From positions 43,462,001-43,526,000 of the forward strand of contig NC_043009.1 of NCBI RefSeq assembly GCF_006345805.1: 64,000 nucleotides of DNA, written 5' to 3'. Within the stretch, counting starts at the first letter, position 1. The number at the start of each line of letters is the position of its first letter. The stretch comes from Octopus sinensis (taxonomy: Eukaryota). The notes under the pieces were generated by a model. It was given only the letters and a program-made list of their open reading frames with translations, made no database searches and was not told where the DNA came from. Positions 13,549 to 27,619 of this stretch are shown here, in pieces. The position numbers and the translations under genes were made by a program.

Positions 13549-15391
13549 CACGCACACATACACACACATACACATATATTATATAAAACATCTGTTGAAA
13601 GCTACTTTTTCTCCTTTTGAAATAAAAGAACACCCTGTCCAGTAATATATACATTGTATATTTCATTTGTTCCCAAAACAGCAGCAGTTTTCTTAGACAC
13701 ACACACACACATATACACATATAGACACATATATATAGACATATGATTTTTATTGTGGTTTCTTTCTTTTTCCCAAGTGTAAGAACAATATCTCCAAACG
13801 TATTGTTCAACACTTTGTTCAGTTCTATTGTTCTTCTTCTTATTCTTATTCTTCTTGTAATGTTTTATGCTGTTTGGCTGAGTGGTGGGTGGGCGGTGGT
13901 GGTGGTGGGGGTGTTTCTTATTTTTTTTATTCCCTTTTATTGTGTTTGTTATTTATTTCATCTTATTTCTTTCTTTTTAAATTTGGTTATCATTTTTTTC
14001 CCCTTTAATATTTGTTTTTCATTTTTAAAATTTTTTTTTTTACATGTTTCTTATATTTTTGTTTTGTTTTAGTGTTACTTTCTTTTTCTGTGTTTTTATT
14101 TTTCCATTTTTGCTTCGTATGTATTGTTTCGTTTGACAAAACATTAAATTTATAATGCCACACACACACACACACACACACACACATGCATACATGCATA
14201 CATGCATGTATATACACCCACTCATTTAACTATGTAACTATATACATATATGTGGGTATGAGTGTGTGAATGTATGTGTGTGTATGTATATGTGTGTGTT
14301 TATATATTTAAATATATTTGTATGTATGTTCATGTACATATATATATAATATATATGGGGGGGGGTGCGTGTGTGTGTGTATGTGTGGTGTGCATAAAAA
14401 TATATATACCTATGTTTACATCTATACATATGCATATGTATGCATATATATATGTATACATACACACAAGTACATAAACACGGTGTGTGTTCATCCACAA
14501 GATGCATGCATGTATATACACTCATTATATATATATACATACATAGCATGCATATATAGATACACATACTCACACATATATATGTATACAAAGAGACATG
14601 CATACATACCTGCACATATATATTTGCATGTATATGTGCATGTAATATGTATGTATGTGTATCATATATATATATGTGTCTATATATGTATGTATGTATC
14701 TGTGTAGCTATGTATGTGTATGTATGCATGTATGTATGTGAGTGTATGCATGTATGATTGCATGTATGAGTGTGTCTATGTATTTAAGTATGCATGTATG
14801 AGTATGTCTGTCTGTCTGTCTGTATACATGTATGTATGTATGTATGCATGTATGTATGTACATGTATATGTATATATGCATGTATGTATGAGTGCATGTA
14901 TGTATGTATTTCTCACTAACAATTATATTCAAAAAAGTCAATGATCATAAAATAGAGAAAGAAAAGATTTTAAAAAATAAAATAACATAAAAAAAATAAA
15001 CACTTTTTCTCTATTGTTGGGCTGTAAGGTTTTCAATTATTGTTATTGTTTGTTGTTGGTGTTGTTGTTGCTGTAACTGTTACACAAAAGAATAGGTATT
15101 GGCAGAGAGGAATTGAAACTCAATGCCCTCACACACACAGGTACACACACACACATATTCACACACACAGGTACACACACACACATATTCACACACACAG
15201 GTACACACACACATATTCACACACACAGGTACACACACACACATATTCACACACACAGGTACACACACACACATATTCACACACACATGCATGCATGGAC
15301 ATATCTTGTGGATGAACATGTGCATGTATACATACATATGCACATACAAATATAATTACCTTTATATATACATGCATGCATATATATGTAT

Positions 15392-15429
<38 letters not shown>

Positions 15430-15459
15430 GTATATATATATATAAATATATATATATAT

Positions 15460-15494
<35 letters not shown>

Positions 15495-15582
15495 ATATAT
15501 ATTATATATAGATATATATATACATATATATATATATATACATATATACATATGCACATATATATATAGATATATATATACA

Positions 15583-15618
<36 letters not shown>

Positions 15619-16444
15619 TATACATATATATACGCATACTATGCATATATATATACATACCATTGCATATATACGTAATAATCAGATGTGTTGATAGAGC
15701 CATCTTCACTGACGATTGCTATCTCCTTGTGCTCTGCAATGTCAAAAGCATTTCTGACTTTCCAGTCATGACCTCTTAGATGACTATTCAGGCCCAGAAC
15801 TGCATGGTTTGAAGCATAGGTGACAGATGAAAGTTATAACTTATTGTGCACTTCCAACAGTCTAGGTCGGTATATATCACCACCCCTCAATCACCAAAGT
15901 ACTCTCAGTAGATGGGATGACAAATGAGGTTACCATAAAGAGACATCTGTCCATCATTGGATTATGGCAATAAACGCTTGTAGAACATGAGTACCACTCT
16001 CTGAGTCTCTGTGATTAACACCTAGCGACAGGCCAAAGTGAGATGACAAGTAATCACAAGAAACGACAGGTGTTGCATGGCAGTGTCCTTCTCCTAGAAG
16101 GATGCTGTGACAACAGTAAGGAGTCCGTCACTCCCAGTATTTTTGCTGCTCGCTCTGACACCTACTAAGGGTATTTTTGCATCCCCATGCTCAGATGGAT
16201 TGTCATCCCATAAGGTAGTTAACCCACAGCTGGGACTCTGATAGATGCTACTATTCTGGGTCAGAGTAGACTTAGAGTAGAAGCACCTTCTGGTAGTGGA
16301 GCTCTAATTCAGGAATGCTAAGATTTTGAAGAGTCTGGAACCATTTCTTTGCCAATTTTGTTCTCACATACATACATACATACATACATATATACATGCA
16401 TACATACATACATACACAATATACATGTTTTCCTAAATCAGTGA

Positions 16445-17040
16445 TGATGGAATTTGTCTTAGTCTGTGGTTGCCAGTGGGTGCTTGCAACTGATGAAGCC
16501 CAAAAATAGCATCAAAAGACATTACACAGGCATGACAGTCAATAGTTTTAAGGAAAGGTATATGCGGCATATGCAATCCATCAAGGGAAAAGATAACAAA
16601 AACTCTGTCTATCCTGATTCATTCGGAGGTCACATGACTATCAGAATGACTTCCGAAACATTATATGAAATATCATTGACAGAGTACTTCACCTTACTCG
16701 CCTGGAACTTGCAATTGCCAACTCATTCTCTGTGAGAGACTACACCTACTCAATCTACTGGCAAGCTGGCAGAAACGTTAGCACGCCAGGCAAAATGCTT
16801 AGCGATATTTCATCTGCCGTTACGTTCTGAGTTCAAATTTGCTTTTCATCCTTTCGGGGTCGATAAATTAAGTACCAGTTACGCACTGGGGTCGATGTAA
16901 TCGACTTAATCCCTTTGTCTGTCCTTGTTTGTCCCCTCTATGTTTATCCCCTTGTGGACAATAAAGAAATAAATCTACTGGCAGTATCCATCAACAGGAA
17001 GAATGAGCTATCTATCTTAGAGTTGCCACTAGAGAAATGC
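16445..17040 (+). pseudogene. Decayed Penelope-like GIY-YIG endonuclease C-terminal region, split by a SINE
   Basis: Frameshifted translation: HYTGMTVNSFKERYMRH...PYSPGTCNCQL..CERLHLL...INRKNEL, matching the PLE endonuclease pattern. Confidence 0.6.
16764..16971 (+). mobile_element. SINE family B (tail 1) with a 12-bp target-site duplication
   Basis: AATCTACTGGCA at 16752-16763 and 16972-16983. Confidence 0.9.
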
Positions 17041-17669
17041 CCTGTGAATGAGCTTCAAGTAACTAGCAGATGGCAATCCTGATGTAGTACCATAGGGCTA
17101 GCACTCTGCAAAAACACACACACTAAGGTAAAGTATTTAATTTCTGCCACCTATATAGACGACAGCCCACCTATGTTGATCAGCCAACTTCAGTTATAAC
17201 CAAACATCACAAATTTGGTAATATGCTGCTGATAATGTGTTCATAAACTGCTGAACGAGAACTGAGCTACTGACCCATGCCAGTATTCTACCCTTCCATG
17301 TGCTGTCTCCAATGCAAGGAACTGATATCACTAAGCATACTATACAGCAACCTGCCACCCACAATGCAGCAATATCCTGTCTGAGCATGAGGGCCTAAAA
17401 GTGAAAAAACGTTGTTGTAGTCACTTTCATAATATTAACAATTTGACAAGTTTGTATGACCACTCTGTTTATGTATATAAACCCAAAACCCATACACACA
17501 CACACACACACTAAGACAGAAGAGACACAGAGAGGCAGTGAGACAGACACACAAGCAGAAAGATAGCTGGACAAATAGAAGACAAACAGACAGATAAATA
17601 GATAGAGAGATAGATATATGGGTAAATAGATGGATAGATAGATAGATAGTGAAATTTACAAAAAACAAA

Positions 17670-17830
17670 CAAAACAACAAAACAAAAGATGAAGAAGGGT
17701 ATGTAAACAACAAACAGATGTATTAGTTTAACGCTCAGGACGTAAGAAAGTCTTTTATGTTTCGAGCATATGCTCTTCAACAGAAAGGAACACAGAAATA
17801 AACAGGGAGAGAAAATAGAAAAAAAGTATA
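17670..17830 (-). repeat. Family F copy with a hammerhead-like motif
   Basis: Minus strand: CTTT-CTGTTGA-A-GAGC-ATAT-GCTC-GAAAC-ATA-AAAG (17751-17788). Confidence 0.7.
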
Positions 17831-17861
17831 GTGGCTAGCAATCTAGATTAATAGATAGATT

Positions 17862-17935
<74 letters not shown>

Positions 17936-18426
17936 TTTTTCAGTTTCTGTCAACCATATCCACTCACAAGTCTTCAGTTGGCCCAGGGTTATAGTAAAAG
18001 ACACCTGCCCAAGGTTCTGCAATGTAGTTTGAAGGGACAGAACTTCAGACTACATTGTCGGGGAGCAAACCTCTTAACCACACTGTCAGTCTTGGGTGTG
18101 TTGTGTGAATGAGCAAAAATGTTGACATTCTATGGATTCACTTGAGCAAAACAGTGAATGTTGTTTACATTCCTTGTTGACATGATTTGTCACTCTGCCC
18201 TTTCATAGGTCTGTAGGATAAGAAAACTTTTACTTGGAAAACAGGAATGGTGGTGAAAGGAAGAGCATTCTTGTCTTCAATATGTCCTCATCAAACCCAT
18301 GCTAGCTTGGTGAAATAGATGTTAAACACACAGCAAATATAGATAGATAGATAGATAGATAGATCGATAGATAGACAAACACATTGATAGATAGACAAAT
18401 GGATACACATACACACTGACACACAC

Positions 18427-18469
<43 letters not shown>

Positions 18470-18862
18470 TGTATATGTATATGCCTGTGTGCATATATAT
18501 AAGAATATGCATATATATGATATATATACCTATATACATATAAACATACAACTGAAGACACACACACATATGCATTTAGTACAGCAGTGTGTGTGTGCGT
18601 GTGTGTGTAATATGTATATATTCACACATACATACATACGCACACATATAGTTATATAGTGCCAGCATACATGAAAAACATACAAATGCATACACACACA
18701 CACACACACACACACCTTACCATACAAAGGCAAACTGGTGTTCTTTCACTAAGGAAAAGGTGAGTGACACAGAGTTTGCGATACTGCTTAACATTGAAAG
18801 AAAGATCTACTTACCTGTAGGAATGGCAACACCTGGAGAAAGAAGCATTCTTACACACATGC

Positions 18863-18895
<33 letters not shown>

Positions 18896-19199
18896 TTAAC
18901 ACAAGTCCATTTAAGCACACACATCTAGTCACTGATACATATACACAATTGTTATAAACACAATTGTCTTTGTGTGTGGGATGAGAATATAGGTAACTAT
19001 GTCATTTAATCCATTGCATGGCTTTGTGTCAGTACATCTCTGTGAATACCAGTGATATATGAGGACCTTGAAGCAGATTTATCCATTATCTGTCTCTTGC
19101 TTTCTCAATATATCAATCTTTCTGTATGTGTATATGTATATATATATTGTTGTTGTTGGCATCCTTTTGTCTCTGGAGACAATGGAGTGGCACATAAAC

Positions 19200-19420
19200 T
19201 AATCCAGTCTGGTTTTAACATTTCATGCCATCTCCAGTTTTGCGCAAGCCTGGGCTAGATGTAAGGAAATCCTGGGTAGGCCAATCCTTAGGAATCCTCC
19301 CTCAACCTTGCTGATGTAGCCCAAAGGACTGCACAGCATTACATTTGGCACCAGTTTGGTTGCAGGAGCTGCCGGAAGAGTGTCGAATCGAACACTAATC
19401 CACTGACAGGGCTCCACTCT
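19200..19420 (+). mobile_element. RTE/BovB-type LINE 5' UTR-like remnant
   Basis: CAACCTTGCTGATGTAGCCCAAAGG...TTTGGCACCAGTTTGGTTGCAGGAGCTGCCGGAAG resembles RTE leaders (from memory). Confidence 0.4.
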
Positions 19421-20089
19421 GGATTTCTTTGATGCTTGTCTCCTCTCCGTAACCCTAGATAGGGGCCCATACCAGGTACTGTCAGTCGGAGCCAGCTGAG
19501 CCTGGGACTCATGTCAGGCAGGGTCATCACTCCCTGAAGTAGTGAAGAAAATCGCTACCCACTACCTGTGTATATATATATATATATTAATATATATACA
19601 CACACACATAAATATATATATATACACACACACATATATGTATATGCCCTTCCTCTCACCACCATTCCTGATTACTATGCATAAAATACAAAATGTTGGA
19701 TTTTTTTTGTAGATTAGGTAGGCATTATTTGCACCTGCTTTTCAGTTTCAGTAATTAAGGTACACATAGTACTGCTGTAATACACATGCTGCATACACTC
19801 CTACAACACCGTTTTCTTTACGTGCTATAAAGGCAGAAGTAAATCAGCCTTCAAGTCAGTCACGCACCTATGTACATAAAGGTCACCAACTGACAAGCCT
19901 GAGTAATTACTGATGACACGTGCTTGATATATATATATATATATATATTTATATATGTGTTCAGCAAAAATTTAGATTCAAATGAATATGGTACTTAATT
20001 TAGATGCACCAGAATTTTGTATGGTGTTATCCATAAGAATCCGTGGGGTGATTATAATCAAAATAAGCAACAAGAATGACTCCGGTAAT

Positions 20090-20175
20090 TTGGTACGATC
20101 GTTTCGTACTACATCATTTTATTAAATATTGTAAGTATTACAACAGATTTAAGATGCTGAGTACTCATCAGCCAA
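20090..20175 (-). ncRNA. Type I minimal hammerhead ribozyme motif (minus strand)
   Basis: TTGG-CTGATGA-GTAC...GTAC-GAAA-C-GATC-G-TA-CCAA; predicted cleavage after the A at 20094. Confidence 0.75.
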
Positions 20176-20310
20176 TTATAGAGGTTTTCCATTAATCACT
20201 ACCTCATATGTTCTTAAAATTTAAATCCACATCTTTGTCTGTATATCTACCTTCTCTGTAATGTTGCCACTTGATTTGAAAATTTTTGTATTAATGGAAA
20301 ACCTATTTAA

Positions 20311-20399
20311 TTGGCTGATGAGTACTCAGCATCTTAAATCTGTTGTGTAATACTACAAAATTAATAAAATGTTTGAGTAGTACGAAACGATCGTACCAA
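20311..20399 (+). ncRNA. Type I minimal hammerhead ribozyme motif (plus strand)
   Basis: TTGG 20311-14, CTGATGA 20315-21, GTAC 20322-25/20380-83, GAAA 20384-87, C-GATC-G, TA 20394-95, CCAA 20396-99. Confidence 0.75.
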
Positions 20400-20984
20400 A
20401 TTACCGGAGTCATTCTTGTTGCTTATTTTGATTATTTATATATATATGTATATAAAATCATAAATGACAGAGAAATAGATAGTTGAAATTTTATTTAACA
20501 AAAGAAAATTCTAATACCATAACAAATTGTTTCGTAACCTAAAAACATGTAAATAATTTATATTATTAATTGTACGACCCATATAAATTCCACAGAATGG
20601 GAAAAATTAAGAGGACCTCTTTAAGAAACAAAGGATGATTTGCATTTTATAGTTTAGCTTTTTTTAAATATTCTTCAAGTTTGACTACATTCAGTTCCTT
20701 ACATCTCCATTGGAATTGGTTTTTACCACTTTTATTATATCTTCTCAGTGTTTCTCCGATCTGAGCTTTATCTCTGCATTTCCTTTCTCAGCAGCTTGTA
20801 ACCATGTTTCTTGTGAATCCCAAGTTTAGGCTAAATTGACCCTTATAAACAAATATTTTTTTAAGCGAGCAGATGATAAATAATTGCACTTATGCGCATG
20901 CTTTAAGTGATGGTCACTATATAAAAATAATCAGTTCAATAAAGAAAAAATTTTTATTATCAACACACCACTATGACCACTGCT

Positions 20985-21055
20985 ATCTCCCTCTCTCTCC
21001 CTCTCTCTCCTCTCTCTCTCTCTCTTTCTCTCTCTCTCTTTCTCTCTCTCTCTTT

Positions 21056-21146
<91 letters not shown>

Positions 21147-21300
21147 TTCTCTTTCTCTTTCTCCGTCTCTCTCTCTTTCTCTCTTCTCTATCTTTCTCTC
21201 TCTCCTCTTTCTCTCTCTCTCTCTATCTCTCTCTTTCTCTCTCTCTCTTTCTCTCTCTCTCTTCTCTCTCTCTTCTCTCTCTCTCTCCTCTCTCACTCTC
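20985..21300 (+). repeat. (CT)n-rich microsatellite
   Basis: Direct reading. Confidence 0.9.
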
Positions 21301-21647
21301 TCAGTACAACTATCTTCCCTGTCCATCTCTATCTACCTTTTCCTTCAGCTAACTTTTTAACCTTCCCCACCCCCACCCCACGTCGTTAACACACTCTCTC
21401 CCTTTTTTCTCGTCGCTTTTTTCTTGTTCTTTGCCTCTACCTTCAGCTGACCACGTGACCATTTGGCCTAAGTGTATTGGTATTAATCACCTTTCTCTGC
21501 TTCTTTCTCTCTTCTTTCTTCACTCTCACTCATTCTCTCTCACTCTTACTCAGCCTCTCACTCACTCCACCCTCCACCTCTCTAACTAACTAATATATAA
21601 CAGGTGAATGAACAAGCAGATTATTATAAAGATATTTAATAATAATA

Positions 21648-22050
21648 GGAGCAGGAGTGGCTGTGTGGTAAGTAGCTTGCTAACCAACCACATGCTTCTG
21701 GGTTCAGTCCCACTGTGTGGCATCTTGGGAAAGTGTCTTCTGCTATAGCCCCACGCCGACCAATGCCTTGTAAGTGGATTTGGTAGATGGAAACTGAAAG
21801 AACTCTGTCGTATATATGTATATATATATATATGTGTGTGTGTATGTGTTTGTCCCCCTAGTATTGCTTGACAACCGATGCTGGTGTGTTTACGTCCCTG
21901 TCACTTAGCGGTTCGGCAAAAAGAGACCGGTAGAATAAGTATTAGGCTTACAAAGGATAAGTCCCGGGGTCAATTTGCTCGACTAAAGGCGGTGCTCCAG
22001 CAAGGCCGTAGTCAAATGACTGAAACAAGTAAAAGAGTAAAGAGAATAAA
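21648..22050 (+). mobile_element. SINE family A, full length
   Basis: Colinear with 50918-51346. Confidence 0.9.
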
Positions 22051-22278
22051 TAAATTACTTACATGCTTGCTTTAAGGCAAAATGCAAAAAATCCTTCAAA
22101 ATAATTGTGTGTCTTGTGGTGCCCCAGCAAGGCCATGTTTTAATGACTGAAGCAAGTAAAAGAATAAAAGAATATATGCATATAATTTATTGTGCCATTA
22201 TTAGTAGAATCAATGAAAATGTATTATCTCCAGTGAGAGATAAACGTCATTTAATATAACCATGTATATTTGAATTTG

Positions 22279-22669
22279 AATAATTGCTTGGCAATACCAG
22301 GCATGCTATATAAGCTTGTCAGTTTATTGTGTTTTCTCAGCATGAAACTAATAATAGATGAACTTAAACGCAGTGTATACTAAATGAAAAAAACAATACA
22401 TAAATAACAAATTATATAAATATAATTAATATAATATACATAATATATATATACATAATTTTTCTTCTTTTCAAAAAGTATAAAAAGAATGATAAATATT
22501 ACATAATAAGTAAAAACACTACGTACGTTTCATGGCTATATACATATATATATATATATATTATTTAGTATACACTGCATTTAAGTTCATCTATTATTAG
22601 TTTCATGGTGAGAAAACACAATAAACTGACAAGCTTATATAGCATGCCTGGTGTTTCCAAGCAATTATT
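22279..22669. repeat. Inverted repeat with about 107-bp arms (22279-22385 / 22563-22669) and an AT-rich spacer
   Basis: AATAATTGCTTGG...CAGTGTATACTAAAT and its reverse complement, with few mismatches. Confidence 0.85.
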
Positions 22670-23057
22670 TATACTGTGAAATTTGATTTAATACTAAATC
22701 TAATTTTTCCCTGTAAGTTTGGAGCTATACTCCCTAATATTATTATTATATATACATATATATATATATACATATATATATACATACATATATATACATA
22801 TATATACATATATATATATATATTATATATATATATAGGTAGGTTGCTGTGTATATACATGCACATATATAAGTAAAATATGTATGTCCGATGATAGCTG
22901 AGATGGCCAAAACTTTGAAGTCACTGTCAGTATTATTCTTATTAAGAAACAATAAATTTGTACTCTACCAAAAGTACTGAATAATCCTTCAGTTTAATAT
23001 AAATTGCTTTTATTATAACATAAAAACAAACATTAATATGCATATAGATTGATGACT

Positions 23058-23099
<42 letters not shown>

Positions 23100-24158
23100 G
23101 GGGAGAGAGAAGGGAACTGAGAGAGCCATTTATGTATCATACTTAATGAATTACACTGTTGATTAGTCAGTTACTGTAGTATTCATTTGACAATTTCTCT
23201 TGTGGACATTCTAAATTAAAAACAATGTTTATCAGATGGTGCCATCAAGAACACCAAATGTATTTCAGCCTGTTTAGACTCTTTCAATAGTATTCATTCA
23301 CAGCTAGCCAAACTCTTGAGTGGGAATTTGTTTTTTCCAATATAAGAAACAATCAATAAAATATTCACTCATGTTGCAAATTGCCACCTGACTGAATAAA
23401 AATCTGGACCTCCTCTGATATTTATTCTTTACAGTGTAGCACGTACATAAGAAAAGATATCTTAGGATGAATATAATGAATAGTGATGAAGCTGGATTGA
23501 ATTGCAAGGATATTTTCTCCCATTTTTTTTTTGGCTACTGAGTTGATGTGTGGTGTCAGAATCAGCTTTCAGTATGCATACTGCTTCTGTAACTTGTTGA
23601 AGTGTTGGATCTGTTTCTTTTGATTGTATTTATCTTAGTAATCTCTGACCCTCCACCTACACTCTGGAGCCATTTTTCCTATAGATGTTCTGGTGGTTTT
23701 AACCATTTCTTTTTGTCTCCTCTATACACTGTGTTTCACTCCTGTTGGTTTTATCCAGAGAATTACATGGGGCAGATGAAATCTTGTGCTTTCCTGCTCA
23801 GTTCACAGGATGTTTGCATACAAGACACATTCTCATTACCCTTACTAGACCTACTATCAATATGTTTATATCTGTATTGGTTGACATAGCAAAGCCCTGG
23901 GGGTTGTGAATAGAGACCATAGGTTTCGTATAATGTGAGTAAAGCAGTTTTTTCTTCTCACCTGATTTTAACCATAGTTTTCTATTCTTTTGGCTTTTAC
24001 TTCATTAATATCAATACCTGTGGCCCATATTGTATTCTACTAAACAGCACATTGGGCAAGTTTCTTCTATTACAAGCAACAGCCAACCAATACCTTGTGA
24101 GTAGAACTTTTGTACAGAAACTGTTCAATAGCCCATTGAATATATTATTTTGATGTAT

Positions 24159-24551
24159 GAGTGACTGTGTGGTAAGTAGCTTGCTTACCAACCACATGGT
24201 TCCAGGTTCAGTCAAACTGCGTGGCACCTTGGGCAAGTGTCTTCTACTATAGCTTTGGGCCAACCAAAGCCTTGTGAGTGGATTTGGTAGATGGAAACTG
24301 AAAGAAGCCCATCACATATGTGTGTGTGTGTGTTTGTGTGCCTGTGTTTGTCCCCCCAACATCTCTTGACAACTGATGCTGGAGTGTTTATGCCTCCATA
24401 ACTTAGCAGTTCAGCAAAAGAGACTAATAGAATAAGTACTGGGCTTACAAAGAATAAGTCCTGGGATCTATTTGCTCAACTAAATGCGGTGCTCCAGCAT
24501 GGCCGCAGTCAAATGACTGAAACAAGCAGAAGAGTAAAAGAGTAAAAGAGA
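24159..24551 (+). mobile_element. SINE family A, full length
   Basis: Colinear with the family consensus. Confidence 0.9.
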
Positions 24552-25349
24552 GTTGAATTCCAATCCAATTGGGATCAAATTTTCCTTTCATCTTTCTAAG
24601 GTTCATAAACAAGTTCAGAAGCAAGGATTGACAGAATTGTTAGAGGTGTATGATATCTATTCTGTTTTTTTTTGCATTCTAAGTTCAAATCCAACTGACA
24701 TCAACTTTACATCTCATCCTCGTGGGACCCAAAATAAAATACCAATCAAGGGCCACAGACTGGCAGAATTGCTAGAATTTTTGATGGAACAGTCTATAGT
24801 GTCTCTTACATTGTGGTATCTGGTTTGATTCTTTGCCTTGTGAGCTCAAATCATGCCCCATCACTGAAAAATGGCAACGTCTCTGTCTGTAGTTGTGACC
24901 AATAGATGATATCAGTAATTTGAAAAATCCAATGGTTTTGATCGAAAGATCAACTACCACCATCACCACCAACAACACACTCCACATGTATTTGTGCATG
25001 TGTGTGTGTGTGTGTGTGTGCACACGTGTGAGAGAGAGAGTTTGTTGTTCTTTAAGACACTTGTATGTGCGTGTTTATGGGTTTGACAGGACACCACCAG
25101 TTAAGACGTGACTGATAGTACCAAAAGGATCAGAAATCTAATCAATAACAAATAGATCAATAAAAAAAAATGGATCACCTGAGTGAAGCAGGTATGGGGC
25201 TCAATGCAATAGGGTGCTCGAGCATGGCTATAATCCAAAGGACTAAAATCAGGAAAAGAATAAGAGCTTGTAAGTGGGTGTATAAAGCTGTTTGTAGGTC
25301 AGTATGTGTAATCTTTTATAGGTCAATGTATATAATCAATTCCGGATCA

Positions 25350-25380
<31 letters not shown>

Positions 25381-25401
25381 GATTATATATATATATTTAT
25401 A

Positions 25402-25438
<37 letters not shown>

Positions 25439-25440
25439 GG

Positions 25441-25473
<33 letters not shown>

Positions 25474-25939
25474 TATATATATATAATTATATATAATATA
25501 TATATGTAATCACAATGAGGATATTTAAACCTACACTAATTATTTAATTAATTTGTATCCATTAGATCTCTTTGTTTTCTAACTCAATAATGATATACAT
25601 ATATGAGTAAAAAAAAGACAGACAGACAGAGAAAAGGAAAATGTCCCTTGCGTTTGAAAACTATGGAAATATTTTTAAAAAAACATTTCATTTAATTTTT
25701 CCACAATTTATTTGTTTTTCATTCTTTACTCTAAGTTCCAAAATTTTGCAAAGACTGTAACTGGTTCTAAAATGTTCTTCATGATAAAATTATTGTAGCA
25801 TTTTCTACCTTGTCTTATTTTCCTGTTCACAATATACGGACACAGATGATGTGTTGGTAGCCAGTTGGAAAAGATGTTTTCCTGAGGCTAAACAGAAGTA
25901 ACATGTCCTAAGAAGGACTGCCACTTTGCATGGGCAAAT

Positions 25940-26000
25940 AGACTTTACTAAATATACATGTGGTGTGTGTGTGTGTGTGTATATATATATATGTGTGTGG

Positions 26001-26047
<47 letters not shown>

Positions 26048-26336
26048 ATAACAAAATAATAAATAAAACATATGCATATATACATATAGATGTAGGTATA
26101 TATGTACATACCTACATCTACATGTATATATACATGCATATATGGGTACAGGACACCAAAAAACGTCGAACACAATGAGAAATGAAAACAAAAACAAAAC
26201 CATGGAAACGGACATTTTTTCAAACAACGAAAAAACAGAGTACAAGACATACAACACAAGGAAAATTCCCCTTCTTCAGCTTCCCCTGATTCGTCTACTC
26301 CGTGTTTCGAAGATAAGGGTGAGACACGACTTCTGA
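25940..26336 (-). repeat. Family H repeat, PLE pseudo-LTR-like (homologue at 55700-55960 on +)
   Basis: TTCGAAAC..GGAGT...GCTGA(A/T)GAAGGGGAAT..TCCTTGTGTTG shared between the two copies. Confidence 0.55.
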
Positions 26337-26647
26337 ACTACAAAAGAAGCATTGCACTGTAAAAGATTATTTGTTACAAAGATGATATTGAGATTATATG
26401 AATTTTATCACATTTTTAGGTAATTTGACGTCGTGAAAATGTCACTGACCCACAACACCACTCTCTTTTCAAAAATACAACAAGGATTGCCTGTAGTATT
26501 CAAACTTGCTCACTTTTCATGAATATGGTAATGCTTGCAAATATATCTTTATGAAAAGTATGATGCAGATGCAAAATGTTGACTCATTGGGAATAAAAGG
26601 CACCCAAATTTACTGGCCTGTCATTCATTTCCTGAACACAGCAAGCA

Positions 26648-27558
26648 TGCCAAGACTGACACAGAATCAAAGGGAGCAAGCCATCGGAAGTGTCCATGCT
26701 GGTCAACATCCATGGGTTGACTTGAACTGCAGTATTTGGACAATTCGGTAGCTGAGGGGATGGTACAATACCACAAACAGCATGGATGTTCGTCCATACA
26801 GTGACCGAAGGTTACAGCAGCACTGACAGCACTTGCAGGATAGATTCTGGAGGGCAACAGAATAAGCTAGGCAAACCATAGGGACTCACCACAGACCCAT
26901 CTGTCTAGGGGCCGCATCCTTACAGATGGTCATCGACGGGCACATCTGCAGTATGCTCAAAAGTGTCAGAACTGGTGATATAAGCAGTGGAGAACAAAAG
27001 TCAATATTGCATTTCTGTGGCAAATGGCAGAGCTAGGGTTTGGAGAAGAAGGGGTGGACGTCATGCTGATGGCTGTGTGGTGGAGAGAGACTTGTGGGGA
27101 GGACAGAGCATCATGGTATGGGGCAGAATTGCACTCAACTTGAAACTTGGACCAGTGGTCTTCCAAAACATTGGCCAAGGCTGAGGCAATGGTGTAACCA
27201 CTGCTTGCTACATTGACCAAGTGTCGAGGCCTCACATTGTGTCATACTTTGCCCATCATTGGAATCCCATATTCCAATACAACAACGACCATACCCATAT
27301 TGCCAGGTTGTCAACAGACTTCCTGCAACAGCACAACTCCAGTCCAGAGTTGAACACCATAGAGCACCTGTGGGACGAGATGCAAAGAAGGCTAGAAATG
27401 ATGTCTGTCCAAGGCTGAAAACTGCAGTACAACTCATAGCAAGTTTTAACAGAGTGTGGGCTGCTATCCACATGGCCTTCATTAATCATTTGGTGCATTC
27501 AATGTACAGAAGATGCCTGGTGGTAATTAATGCTAACAGTGGTCACACGAGATGTTGA
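26648..27558 (+). pseudogene. Tc1-type (DD34E-like) transposase remnant with frameshifts and deletions
   Basis: MPRLTQNQREQAIG; GRARVWRRRG..GGQSIMVWG; FQYNND.THIAR; SPELNTIEHLWDEM; NSGHTRC*. Confidence 0.9.
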
Positions 27559-27619
27559 GTTCATCTCTTTGGATCCAGGACAATCTGTCATCACGGAGTG
27601 TGTGTGTGTGTGTGTGCAT

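Larger units (their letters stand above)
20054..20435. mobile_element. Inverted-repeat element (arms 20054-20196 / 20290-20435, 93-bp spacer), PLE-derived candidate
   Basis: 59-nt and 38-nt blocks are exact reverse complements between the arms. Confidence 0.85.

Noticed and set aside
15127-15290. CRISPR-like appearance of short tandem units (also the 18-bp units at 39255-39370)
   Set aside because: Minisatellites without unique spacers, in eukaryotic DNA
23304-23507. 67-aa minus-strand ORF with a hydrophobic start, and a faint hAT dimerisation-like YWKK..KFPL across frames
   Set aside because: Short, with no convincing splice sites or motif spacing
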